A stretch of DNA of 64,000 bases from a virus, in IMG/VR virus record IMGVR_UViG_3300030331_006276; one strand, given 5' to 3'. The notes below the pieces were generated by a model that did no database searches, was not told where the DNA came from, and was given only the letters and a program-made list of their open reading frames with translations. Shown here piece after piece: positions 10,423 to 19,577 of this stretch. The stretch's first letter is position 1. Each line of letters opens with the position of its first letter. A program made the translations under genes and the position numbers.

Positions 10423-11988
10423 ATGGCAAATATTACTATAGTAAAATTAAAAGTTAGAAGGGGCACTGATGGTCAACGGCAAGATATTGTATTAGATCAA
10501 GGTGAAGTTGGTTATACTCTAGATTCAAAAAGATTATTTGTTGGTGATGGTTCAACATTTGGCGGTACAGTAGCAGGAATAAAAGCAGTTGGACCTTTTG
10601 CTGCTGTAGAAAGCTTAGGACCAGCTGTAAGTGAGTCACCGTTTTTACAAATAGGTGATATTGGATATGCAGATAGTAGATTGTTTATATTAACTGGAGC
10701 TAGTTCTACTGGTAAAGCATATACAAATGCGTTGTCTGGGTGGGCATATATTGGTACAGTACCTGATGATACAACAATTGAATTTGATTCTAATAATAAA
10801 TTTACTGTTAAAAGACAAAGTTTAGATGCACAGAATTTAGGTACAACATTTTTTGGAGAAGGATTACTATCATCTAATACAGTAGCTGGAGAAGCAAATG
10901 TAGCCTATAATGCTGATTATATAGAATTATCTAGCTCACCTGGTACAAAAGGTCGACTAACATTAAAACAAAATTCTATAACAAATCGGGAAATAAAAGC
11001 TTTGTTTCCATCTGCGAGTGGGTTAAAAGGTGGTAATGGTGAAGAATTAGCTCTTAGCGTTAATGAAGATCAATTTAAATTTGATGCAAATAATAAATTA
11101 GAGTTAAAAGGAGTGGGTTCAATAACTGTGCCATTATCTACTTGGGCTGGTCCAGGTGATGGTACTTCAACAACAGACGGTAAACTTGGTGGTGGTTTAA
11201 CAATAAATACAGCAACAAATAGACTTCAAGCTTCTTTACAATCTGTAGATGGTGATTTATTAATAAATGACAACGGTGTAGTTACATTAAATGGTAGTAC
11301 TTCAGCATTTCAAGAAATGCCTTTTGTTAATGTTCAAAAAGGGTTAGTTACAGAAATAAAAAGTTCTATATTTGATGTAGTAACAGCAACTGGTTTATCT
11401 GGTGCTGGGGCAGGCGACGGTGTACCTATTGGTTCAATTTTACCGCATGCGCAAGCATTTACAACACCTCCAGCTGGATATGTTTTATGTAATGGAGCAG
11501 CATATAATGCTAGTACTGATACACAATACAGAGAATTATTTGATAAAATAGGTACCGTGTATGGTGGAACCGGTATGACTAATTTTAGAGTTCCAAACTT
11601 AACTGGGGGTGATGTACTTTTATATGGTTCGGAAGGCGCGATTACTGGTAGTACAAAGACACTATTTTTAAGTGCTACAAAATCGCATTTATCAGGTCCA
11701 AAAACAGGAGCTGGGGGACCATCAACCTTAAGTGCTTTTGGTGTTAACTTTATTATTAAGTTTGCTGAAGATCCAGTTTTAAATATTTTTAATGGAGCAC
11801 CAAATCAAGTTGAGCGTAATTTTGGTGGTAAATATACTCAACAAATATGTAATGGACTTGACTCGGGTGGTCAAGTGCTTAGTTTAAGTTCTGCAGGATT
11901 TATTACTATGGCATTATCTGGTAATGTACGCAATAGTGATAGTAATGAAACGTATGATAGATTTGCAATACCGGTTTATAGCTACTAA
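10423..11988 (+). CDS. Tail fibre protein with Mtd-N-like N-terminus and phage tail collar domain
   Basis: KVRRGT..LDQGEVGYTLDSKRLFVGDG N-terminus; PIGSILP..PAGYVLCNGAAY..LFDKIGTVYGG..NFRVPNL tail collar. Confidence 0.75.
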   Translation: MANITIVKLKVRRGTDGQRQDIVLDQGEVGYTLDSKRLFVGDGSTFGGTVAGIKAVGPFAAVESLGPAVSESPFLQIGDIGYADSRLFILTGASSTGKAYTNALSGWAYIGTVPDDTTIEFDSNNKFTVKRQSLDAQNLGTTFFGEGLLSSNTVAGEANVAYNADYIELSSSPGTKGRLTLKQNSITNREIKALFPSASGLKGGNGEELALSVNEDQFKFDANNKLELKGVGSITVPLSTWAGPGDGTSTTDGKLGGGLTINTATNRLQASLQSVDGDLLINDNGVVTLNGSTSAFQEMPFVNVQKGLVTEIKSSIFDVVTATGLSGAGAGDGVPIGSILPHAQAFTTPPAGYVLCNGAAYNASTDTQYRELFDKIGTVYGGTGMTNFRVPNLTGGDVLLYGSEGAITGSTKTLFLSATKSHLSGPKTGAGGPSTLSAFGVNFIIKFAEDPVLNIFNGAPNQVERNFGGKYTQQICNGLDSGGQVLSLSSAGFITMALSGNVRNSDSNETYDRFAIPVYSY

Positions 11989-12001
11989 ATATTAAAAACA
12001 C

Positions 12002-13663
12002 ATGGCCATACAAATTTTAGAAAACACTTTATTAAAACTTCTAGTTAGAAGGGGTTCTGATTTTGATAGAAAACAAATTACTCTAGAAACAGGTGAATTA
12101 GGTTATTCAACTGATAATAAAAGATTATACATTGGTGACGGTGTAACCAAAGGGGGTATTATAGTTGGTAATAAGTGGGCAGGAAATGCAGCAGATTTAA
12201 CTAGCTTAGCTCCTGCTGCAAGTGGTGATTTTGCCTATGATACTGATAATCGTTGTTTTAAAATTCTAACTAAAGGAACCGGTAGTGTAGCAGCAGATTG
12301 GGTAACAGTTGCAACATTTTTAAGTGCTTTTAATACATCAATTACAATAGATGCTAATAATAGAATATCTGTTGGAACATTATCTGCAGGTAATTTTTCT
12401 CTAAATGCTATTGGCAGTTCTTTAACTATAGATGGTTCCGAAAAAATAGCATTAAGCTCTACTATTAGTGTAGATAATATTACTCAAAGATCCACTGGAT
12501 TAACTGATTACTTAACATTACCAGCTAAATTAAAAATTAATACTGTTGATTATACTTTTCCTGTTACTAGTCCACAACCTGAAACATTTTTAGGTTATAG
12601 TACAAACGATGATGCAGGGAAGGCAAAATTAGCTTGGCAAGTTCCAAAAGTAGTATTTTCGGCTGTTGCGCCAACAACAGCTGCTTTAATTCCTGTTGGT
12701 TCTATTCAACCATTTGCTGGTCCTTTATCAGGCGCGCCATTTGGTTGGCTTAATTGTAACGGTCAAGCTGTTGATGCAGTAACATATTCAGAACTTCTTA
12801 CTGCTATTGGTGGTCAATTTGGCCGTAACTTTACTAATAATACATTTAATGTTCCAAACTTAAGTTCAACGTTTATTCATGGCTTTGATTCAACATCTAG
12901 CAGCTTAGGCGCACAATTTCCTGCTCGTGGTGTAGGCTTATCAGCACAAAAAACTACACTCTCAGCAGTTGGAATGAATTTTATTATTAAAGCATTCGGT
13001 GGTGTAACTAATCCAACTTTAACAGTAGGTAAGAATTTATCTGCTACTATTACATCACCATCTAATGTAACTGTAAATACAACTGATGCTGCATTTAACC
13101 CTCTTAGCGGTGCAATAAAAATAACTAAGCCGCAGCCTGGTATGCAGATTTTTGATACGCCTGGTATAACGCATACATTTAAAATGCCTGGAGGAATATC
13201 TTATGTTAAGTTTTACGTAACGGGGTCTGGATCTCCGGGTAGAAATCAAAGTGGTAATGCTGGATCTACAGCAATCGGTTATCTATCTGCACCTCCAGGA
13301 ACAGAATTTCCTGTTGTTGTTGCTGCAGCTCCTGTTGGTAATACTAGTGGTCAATCAAGTCAAATATTTGAACCCACTGCAGATGGTAACGATCCGATAG
13401 TTACTGCACCTGGTGGTGCGTTTGGTTCTATAGGTGCTGCATCTCCAACAATTGCTGAAAGTGTTTATCTACCAACAGAAACATTAAAGATTTTAGGTGG
13501 AGTTGGATTTATTGATACAGACGATGGTGGTGACGAAGAAGATGTTGGAGGAGCTGGATTTTACGGACACTCACCTGCTTATGGTGGTGGTGGTGGATCC
13601 CATGCTCACAGACCTGCAAGTGCTCCAGTTTCTACCGGTGTTGTTGTGTTTGAATGGAACTAG
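12002..13663 (+). CDS. Tail fibre protein (Mtd-N-like + tail collar + Gly-rich C-terminal domain)
   Basis: VRRG..LETGELGYSTDNKRLYIGDG; PVGSIQPFAG..PFGWLNCNGQ..FNVPNL; TPG..TFKMPGG..VTGSG Gly-rich end; TAAATA at 11986-11991. Confidence 0.75.
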   Translation: MAIQILENTLLKLLVRRGSDFDRKQITLETGELGYSTDNKRLYIGDGVTKGGIIVGNKWAGNAADLTSLAPAASGDFAYDTDNRCFKILTKGTGSVAADWVTVATFLSAFNTSITIDANNRISVGTLSAGNFSLNAIGSSLTIDGSEKIALSSTISVDNITQRSTGLTDYLTLPAKLKINTVDYTFPVTSPQPETFLGYSTNDDAGKAKLAWQVPKVVFSAVAPTTAALIPVGSIQPFAGPLSGAPFGWLNCNGQAVDAVTYSELLTAIGGQFGRNFTNNTFNVPNLSSTFIHGFDSTSSSLGAQFPARGVGLSAQKTTLSAVGMNFIIKAFGGVTNPTLTVGKNLSATITSPSNVTVNTTDAAFNPLSGAIKITKPQPGMQIFDTPGITHTFKMPGGISYVKFYVTGSGSPGRNQSGNAGSTAIGYLSAPPGTEFPVVVAAAPVGNTSGQSSQIFEPTADGNDPIVTAPGGAFGSIGAASPTIAESVYLPTETLKILGGVGFIDTDDGGDEEDVGGAGFYGHSPAYGGGGGSHAHRPASAPVSTGVVVFEWN

Positions 13664-13695
13664 TTGCTTTATAGCATAGAGAATATAACTACAAT

Positions 13696-13863
13696 ATGGA
13701 AGAAGTTATAGTTGAGGGTCTTAATTTTGAAGATTTTGTAACTCTAAAAGAAATTTTATCTAATAATACTAGCTTTAAATATAGTGAAAGTCAATTGCAT
13801 GCTGACGCGAGTATTTTAATTGAAAAGATAGATAAAATTCTTCAAGTCTTTGATGATGAATAA
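13696..13863 (+). CDS. Small acidic hypothetical protein (55 aa, not in ORF track)
   Basis: MEEVIVEGLNFEDFVTLKEILSNNTSFKYSESQLHADASILIEKIDKILQVFDDE*; fills the gap; TATAAC 6 nt upstream. Confidence 0.65.
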   Translation: MEEVIVEGLNFEDFVTLKEILSNNTSFKYSESQLHADASILIEKIDKILQVFDDE

Positions 13864-13871
13864 ATACTTGT

Positions 13872-14084
13872 ATGAATACAAGTGTTTGCAGAGCTAATGC
13901 ACTCTGTGAAGAATTTTCTGATTACGTTATCTACGATAGCGAATTTGAAAGTATTTTATTCAATGTACCATATGAGCACTTTAAAACAGTACATTTAGAG
14001 TTATCAAAACTAGGTTTTATCTTAGTATTTAAAACTCGTATTAAGAAAACAAATTCTCTAACCTGTACTTTTATAAAGGAATGA
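13872..14084 (+). CDS. Small hypothetical protein
   Basis: 70 aa; TAAATA at 13861-13866, 5 nt before ATG. Confidence 0.6.
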   Translation: MNTSVCRANALCEEFSDYVIYDSEFESILFNVPYEHFKTVHLELSKLGFILVFKTRIKKTNSLTCTFIKE

Positions 14085-14100
14085 GTAATTAAATATATAT

Positions 14101-15000
14101 ATGGCAGCATTAGCAGGATTTCCAACAGATATATCATTACCCGCGGAAGCTAGATATTATACTCTCGTGGAAATTGGTAAATCCTTTAATTCAAATTACG
14201 ATATAACTTGGTCTTTTCAGTATAAATTACCAAGTACAAGTTTTGGATCAACAGCAAAATTTGATAATTACCAATTAGGGTTTTCAACTTTTTTAACAAA
14301 TTTACCCAAACCGTTATCTTGCTTACCTGGGCAATATCTTGGTGATCAAGATCCAGAATTTGTACTATCAGCAAGTGCATTATTAACAGAAGATGCAAAA
14401 GTGTTAAAAACCCAAGACAGTTCTACAATTTTACTTGAAGGCGCTGTACTTAGTGGTATGTTAGTTAAAGTAGCATTTGACTCTACAGGTAAATATGCAC
14501 TAACTGGAAGAGATTCACGACCTGGGGTTAAACCACATCAAGTATTAAGAGAGTCAATGGTAGTTCGAGATTTCTTACATAATGTACTTGCTTACAATCA
14601 TCTTTCTGCTGTTTCAACTACATTTAATACTATATCTACAGATTCGTATAGAACCTTAAGATTTAGATACGTTAACCTAGGTCAAACGTTATTTATTGAT
14701 TTTCGTGAAAGTAATACTACAGCATACAGTTTACTTACAGCAATCAATTTAGGTTCTAGATATAGAACTTTATCAAACATAGAAAATGTTTATGTTGGTT
14801 TTGCTTTTTCTACTCCTATTTCTTCAACTACGCCAGCAGCTGCAGGGGGATATTCATTAAGTGCAAAAGACTTTTTCTTAAGAAATCTACATGTTGAAGG
14901 ATATGAAGGTAGTAACGTACTTACTGAAACTATACGTACCCCATCGTTAAGTACAGTACCAAATCTACCATTTACAACTGTTACTAACATTACTGCATAA
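14101..15000 (+). CDS. L-type (legume/ConA-like) lectin-fold protein, putative
   Basis: Strand pattern DITWSF..LGFSTF..GQYLG..VKVAFDS..VYVGFAFSTP..LRNLHVEG resembles L-type lectins; TAAATA at 14090-14095. Confidence 0.5.
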   Translation: MAALAGFPTDISLPAEARYYTLVEIGKSFNSNYDITWSFQYKLPSTSFGSTAKFDNYQLGFSTFLTNLPKPLSCLPGQYLGDQDPEFVLSASALLTEDAKVLKTQDSSTILLEGAVLSGMLVKVAFDSTGKYALTGRDSRPGVKPHQVLRESMVVRDFLHNVLAYNHLSAVSTTFNTISTDSYRTLRFRYVNLGQTLFIDFRESNTTAYSLLTAINLGSRYRTLSNIENVYVGFAFSTPISSTTPAAAGGYSLSAKDFFLRNLHVEGYEGSNVLTETIRTPSLSTVPNLPFTTVTNITA

Positions 15001-17261
15001 TGGAAACAACACCAGGACCAGACCCTTTTGATACGACGCCAGATCCAATGGATTTGTCTTCTGGTACTCCCGAACCAGCTGCTATAAATTTAGGTAATCC
15101 AGATGTACAAATAGAAGATATTTTTGTAACAGTAAAGTCATATCCACAAATAGGTACGGGAGGTGTACAAGGTTCTTTTGATAATACAGCTGGTGTTGTT
15201 ACTGTCGATTACATTACGTTAAGTCAACCTGTTGATGGTGATATTGAATTTTTTATTGAAGACTTTAATAGCAAGACTGAGCTTGAAGACGGTGTTACAA
15301 CTCGTGGTGGTAAAAGCACCAAAATCCTTAATATTAATGCATTTAATTTACCTTTTGTTGCTGATGAAGTCGCAAAAGACGGTAGTATGGATGTTACTGT
15401 TTCGCTTCAACAAATTGTAGAAGTAAAAGGTATACCGCGACCATTTGTAAAATCACAAACAATAAATATACCTAACCCAGCTTATAATCCTGCTGGAAGT
15501 GTCGATACAACACCACCCGCTAGTGCTGGTGTCGATACAACACCGCCGCCAACAATGGTGGCACGTGGTGATATATATTCAGATAGAAGTGGTACAGAAC
15601 CTAGACGAACTACAACTCCATTACAACCATCTCAACCGGTAGTTACGGTTACTACTAGCACATCTCCAAGACCTTTGATAATTGATGATACAAGGTCAGC
15701 AGCAAGTGATGGGGTTGATACAACGCCGCCTCCTAGTGACGGGCAAGATTATACAGATACAAATTTTAGTGACATAGATATTGGAATTGATACAACTCCT
15801 CCGGCTGAGGATACAACGCCTCCTGGACCTTCGCAAGAAGAAATAAGAAAAAGAGAAGAACTAAGAAATGCTAAAATTAGTGCTATAGATGTATTAGGTA
15901 ATGATATACTTCCATATTATGAAAGACAGGTATATGTTGATTTAATTAATGGAGCTACAAGTATAGAAGAGATACAAAGAGTTATACGAGACGCTGCAAT
16001 AGATAGGCTTGAAGCCCAAGAACGACGTACTAATGATGCAATACGTGAAGCAGAAGCTCGAGCACGAGGATTAGCTGAAGAAGCAGAGCGAAGAAGATTA
16101 GAACAAGAAGCTGCAGAAGAAGAAAGAAGAGCGCGGCTAGAACAAAATGAAGAACGAATAAGATTAGCACAAGAAAGAAGAGATGCTCTTAGACAAGAGC
16201 AGTTACAAGCTAGAATAACACGGCTATCTCTCTTAGAAGTTAATAGACTTTTAGATGAAGCGCGTATACGACTTGATAATGTAACCTTTCAAAATGATCC
16301 AATTGGTCAAAAAGAAAGATGGGCAAGACAAGATATTGAAACTTTAGAAAAATATATAGAAGATAATCTTGATCCTAATAACCCTTTTCCATCAGCAGAT
16401 GTATTTACTCCGCACTTTATGTATGATGAGGGTGGTAATGCTTTTTTTGCAGAAACATATGAAGAACATGAAACATTTCGAAGATTAGGCTATACTCACG
16501 AAGCCCCAGAAGGAGTTGATACAACACCGCCAGCGCAAGATACAACTCCACCAGTACAAGATACAACTCCACCAGTACAAGATACAACACCACCACCATG
16601 TCCATCGGGTATGGAGAGAGTTAATGGTGTATGTGTAGATAAATGTCCAGATGGTTTTATAAGAGGGTCAGATGGAGAATGTTATGATCCTACCGCTGGT
16701 GATACTGATGAAGAAGATCTTCTCGACAGTGGAGTTATTGATTTTCCAACAATTATACAAGGACCATTAGGTTCTGGAGGAAGTCCGGATCCTAATCTAG
16801 ATTATACTATATATGAAGATCCAACAACACAACCACCTCCTATAACGACACCTCCGTATACAACACCACCGTATACGACCCCGCCTTATACGACCCCGCC
16901 TTATACTACTCCACCATATACTACACCGCCGCCGTATACTACACCTCCGCCACCATGCACAACTATTCCACCGTTTATAGTTCCTCCCAGCGGGGGCGAT
17001 CCACCAGATCCACGAGAGCCTATAATAGTCTTACCACCCGAACCGCCTGAGCCTCCAGAACCACCAGAGCCGCCAGAGCCGCCTACATTTATATACCCAG
17101 CTCCCATTTTACCGCTAGCAAGACCGTTTCTAATAGACGTTGTAACAACTACAACCACTACTACTACTACAACGACAACTACTACTCCGGCGCCTATTGT
17201 ACAAGTAACTACTACAACAATATGTCCAGAGGATCCAGATTGCAATAATTTACAGTTTTAG
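15000..17261 (+). CDS. Mucin-like Pro/Thr-repeat virion protein with coiled coil and Cys-rich segment
   Basis: DTTPP x9, YTTPP x6, PPE repeats, 14 consecutive Thr, E/R/A-rich coiled coil, CPSG..CVDKCPDG..C motif. Confidence 0.65.
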   Translation: METTPGPDPFDTTPDPMDLSSGTPEPAAINLGNPDVQIEDIFVTVKSYPQIGTGGVQGSFDNTAGVVTVDYITLSQPVDGDIEFFIEDFNSKTELEDGVTTRGGKSTKILNINAFNLPFVADEVAKDGSMDVTVSLQQIVEVKGIPRPFVKSQTINIPNPAYNPAGSVDTTPPASAGVDTTPPPTMVARGDIYSDRSGTEPRRTTTPLQPSQPVVTVTTSTSPRPLIIDDTRSAASDGVDTTPPPSDGQDYTDTNFSDIDIGIDTTPPAEDTTPPGPSQEEIRKREELRNAKISAIDVLGNDILPYYERQVYVDLINGATSIEEIQRVIRDAAIDRLEAQERRTNDAIREAEARARGLAEEAERRRLEQEAAEEERRARLEQNEERIRLAQERRDALRQEQLQARITRLSLLEVNRLLDEARIRLDNVTFQNDPIGQKERWARQDIETLEKYIEDNLDPNNPFPSADVFTPHFMYDEGGNAFFAETYEEHETFRRLGYTHEAPEGVDTTPPAQDTTPPVQDTTPPVQDTTPPPCPSGMERVNGVCVDKCPDGFIRGSDGECYDPTAGDTDEEDLLDSGVIDFPTIIQGPLGSGGSPDPNLDYTIYEDPTTQPPPITTPPYTTPPYTTPPYTTPPYTTPPYTTPPPYTTPPPPCTTIPPFIVPPSGGDPPDPREPIIVLPPEPPEPPEPPEPPEPPTFIYPAPILPLARPFLIDVVTTTTTTTTTTTTTTPAPIVQVTTTTICPEDPDCNNLQF
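16518..16598 (+). repeat. 21-nt tandem repeat (xQDTTPP units)
   Basis: gatacaactccaccagtacaa twice exactly (16539, 16560) plus two degenerate flanking units. Confidence 0.9.
16842..16954 (+). repeat. 15-nt degenerate tandem repeat encoding YTTPP
   Basis: tatac(a/g/t)ac(a/c/t)cc(a/g)cc units with variable third positions. Confidence 0.9.
17033..17186 (+). repeat. PPE repeats and poly-Thr codon run
   Basis: PPEPPEPPEPPEPPEPP (17033-17084) and 14 ACN codons (17145-17186). Confidence 0.85.
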
Positions 17262-17272
17262 TAAGTATTATT

Positions 17273-18100
17273 GTGGGAAAGCTAACTATTGGAACTTGTG
17301 TTTATGATGATTACGAAGGTCTATATTTTACAATTCAATCTTTAAGGCTACATCATAAAGAAATATTAGATAGATTAGAATTTGTTATTATTAATAATAA
17401 TCCTAAATCTTTACAAGGACGCGAGGTACATAAATTTGTAGAATGGATTAAAGAGCCTGTAACATATGTTGAATTTGATGGTTTTTCCGCAACATCTTTA
17501 AGAGATAAAATATTTGGTCTAGCTAATACAGAATATGTTTTAGTAATGGATTGCCACGTACTATTAGATCCAGGTTGCTTAAAAAAGCTTTTAGACTTTT
17601 ATGATAGTAAAAAAGATCATAGAAATTTACTACAAGGTCCGTTACTATATGATGATATGGTAAATGTAAGTACTCATTTTAATTTAGATAAATGGGGTAG
17701 TGATATGTGGGGAATGTGGGATACGGATAAAAGAGGTACAAATCCTGATAATAAACCTTTCGAAATACCAGCACAGGGATTAGGTGTCTTTACGTGTAGA
17801 AAAGATAGCTGGTTAGGATTTAATAAAAAGTTTAGAGGCTTTGGTGGCGAAGAAGGGTATATACATGAAAAGTATAGATTAGCAGGTCGTAAAGTTGTCT
17901 GTTTACCGTTTTTAAGATGGTTACATCGTTTTGGTCGACCTGCTGGTGCACCTTACCGCCCAACAAAAGAAGATAGATTCCGTAACTATATGATTGGATT
18001 CCAAGAAATTGGAAAAGATACAAATGAAATCATAGCTAGATTTAAAAATATTGTATCAAAAGAACATATTGAAGCAGTAAAGAAAGAACTTGATCTATAG
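17273..18100 (+). CDS. Glycosyltransferase family 2
   Basis: LTIGTCVYDD..EFVIINNNP, VLVMDCHVL (DxH), GFGGEEGYI; GTG start 5 nt after TAAGTA. Confidence 0.8.
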   Translation: MGKLTIGTCVYDDYEGLYFTIQSLRLHHKEILDRLEFVIINNNPKSLQGREVHKFVEWIKEPVTYVEFDGFSATSLRDKIFGLANTEYVLVMDCHVLLDPGCLKKLLDFYDSKKDHRNLLQGPLLYDDMVNVSTHFNLDKWGSDMWGMWDTDKRGTNPDNKPFEIPAQGLGVFTCRKDSWLGFNKKFRGFGGEEGYIHEKYRLAGRKVVCLPFLRWLHRFGRPAGAPYRPTKEDRFRNYMIGFQEIGKDTNEIIARFKNIVSKEHIEAVKKELDL

Positions 18101-18328
18101 ATTACCTAAAGTAGCTTCTACTTTAAGATCATGCTTCATAGAATGAAATCTCTCATCAATATATTTTTGAAAAGCTAGCGGCTTAATCCAATTATTACTT
18201 TCAATATCGATATCCTCTTTTCCTCCTACTACTTCTAGAGCTTCAATTAAGCATGCCCAGCGAACTAGTTCGTCAAAATCCATAGTTTTAGTCGAACCGT
18301 CTTTTAGTTTAAATTCATGTTTATTCAT
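18095..18328 (-). CDS. Hypothetical protein
   Basis: 77 aa; TATAAT 6 nt upstream on the minus strand. Confidence 0.6.
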   Translation of the reverse strand: MNKHEFKLKDGSTKTMDFDELVRWACLIEALEVVGGKEDIDIESNNWIKPLAFQKYIDERFHSMKHDLKVEATLGNL

Positions 18329-18340
18329 AATATAATTATA

Positions 18341-18787
18341 TTATAGTTCCGTTCCTGGCTTGTAATCAGATGTTATCTCTATATCTTTTACCTCTTTGGT
18401 AAGTTCGGAAAATGCTTTATTAACATCAACTGTTTCTGTAAGAAGAGTTGGTACTAAATTAATATCTACTCTATATGTATTATTGCATTTCTCGCAAGTA
18501 TACGTATTTTCCATATTAACAAAAATATTTTCTTGAAAAGTATAATTATTACAAGGACATACTATTGCAGCTTCACTAAGATCAAGCAATTGCTGTATTT
18601 CATTTTCAAATTCTCCTGTAAGTGTATCAACTTTATTAATTTTAAAAGATGAAACAATAAAAGAGACTAAAAACTGACAAACAAAAGCAAGAACTACAGT
18701 TTCCCAAAAACCAATTATATTACGTAATCCAAAGCCCAGAGCAACAGATACAATTAAAGTAATAACTAAAGACCTTAAGATAGTCAT
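18341..18787 (-). CDS. Membrane protein with C-terminal zinc-ribbon-like motif
   Basis: Two N-terminal hydrophobic segments; CPC..CEKC. Confidence 0.6.
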   Translation of the reverse strand: MTILRSLVITLIVSVALGFGLRNIIGFWETVVLAFVCQFLVSFIVSSFKINKVDTLTGEFENEIQQLLDLSEAAIVCPCNNYTFQENIFVNMENTYTCEKCNNTYRVDINLVPTLLTETVDVNKAFSELTKEVKDIEITSDYKPGTEL

Positions 18788-19110
18788 ATAGCTATTTTAG
18801 CCAAGTCTTCGGGAATATCAAGTATAAGTTCGTTAATTTGATCAATTTTACTATTTATTGCATCAACAGCTCCACTTGATACATTTTCACTACCTTTGGC
18901 TGTTGTTAACATATTTCTTATTTCTACTAAATTTGTAAACGTGTCACCTAAAAGCTGCGTCATTTGTTGTAAATGATAAGGTAAAATAGGAGGTGCTTTC
19001 TGATGCTTTTCATTATCCTTATACATAGAAAGTTGATCTGCTGCATTCATATGAAAATTTATAGGGTTGCGTTCTGGCCCTACGCTATAAGGAAATTCTG
19101 GTCCATCCAT
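18784..19110 (-). CDS. Hypothetical protein
   Basis: 108 aa; minus-strand TAAATA 5 nt upstream. Confidence 0.6.
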   Translation of the reverse strand: MDGPEFPYSVGPERNPINFHMNAADQLSMYKDNEKHQKAPPILPYHLQQMTQLLGDTFTNLVEIRNMLTTAKGSENVSSGAVDAINSKIDQINELILDIPEDLAKIAI

Positions 19111-19115
19111 GTAAT

Positions 19116-19137
19116 TATTTATGCTAGAGACTAAATA
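19116..19137. promoter_or_regulatory. Back-to-back late promoters
   Basis: tattta 19116-19121 (minus strand, 5 nt from ATG 19110) and TAAATA 19132-19137 (plus strand, 5 nt from ATG 19143). Confidence 0.75.
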
Positions 19138-19142
19138 ATTTT

Positions 19143-19577
19143 ATGACCAAATTTGAAAGACGTTTTTTAAAATCCCTTTTAGAGCAATCAGAAGAAAGAG
19201 AAGCTTTTGAAGCGGAATTAGATGAAACAACAGATGCGGGTGATTTTGATGTAGATGTAGATGTTGATGAAGTTACAGTAAAGGAAGATCCAGCTATTAA
19301 AGCTGCTGCAGCAGTAAATGAGCGTAATGAAGCTATGAAGGAAGATCTTAGAAGTTGGATTAAAGCAATGGAAGGATTTTTAGATTACTTAAATGGTGAA
19401 GAACCTACTTCTATTCAACAACAACTAGCTAATGCTGAACCTGATACTATTTTTGATAGAATGAAAGCCTCTGAGCAACGTAAAATTGCGAGAGTTGCAA
19501 CTGAGTTAGCCGGTGTTACAGAGTCGTTTAAAGGCTACTTAGCGCAAACTTCTAATTCTCAATTTAAATACGTCTGA
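19143..19577 (+). CDS. Late acidic hypothetical protein (possible head-associated)
   Basis: 144 aa; N-terminus MTKFERRFLKSLLEQ; late promoter. Confidence 0.55.
   Translation: MTKFERRFLKSLLEQSEEREAFEAELDETTDAGDFDVDVDVDEVTVKEDPAIKAAAAVNERNEAMKEDLRSWIKAMEGFLDYLNGEEPTSIQQQLANAEPDTIFDRMKASEQRKIARVATELAGVTESFKGYLAQTSNSQFKYV

Noticed and set aside
16518-17186. Tandem 15- and 21-nt repeats as a CRISPR array or DGR
   Set aside because: No unique spacers; the repeats are in frame within a coding region and vary at third positions; no cas or reverse transcriptase gene is seen.
16901-17245. Minus-strand poly-Val/Gly ORF
   Set aside because: Antisense shadow of the Thr/Pro repeats of 15000..17261.
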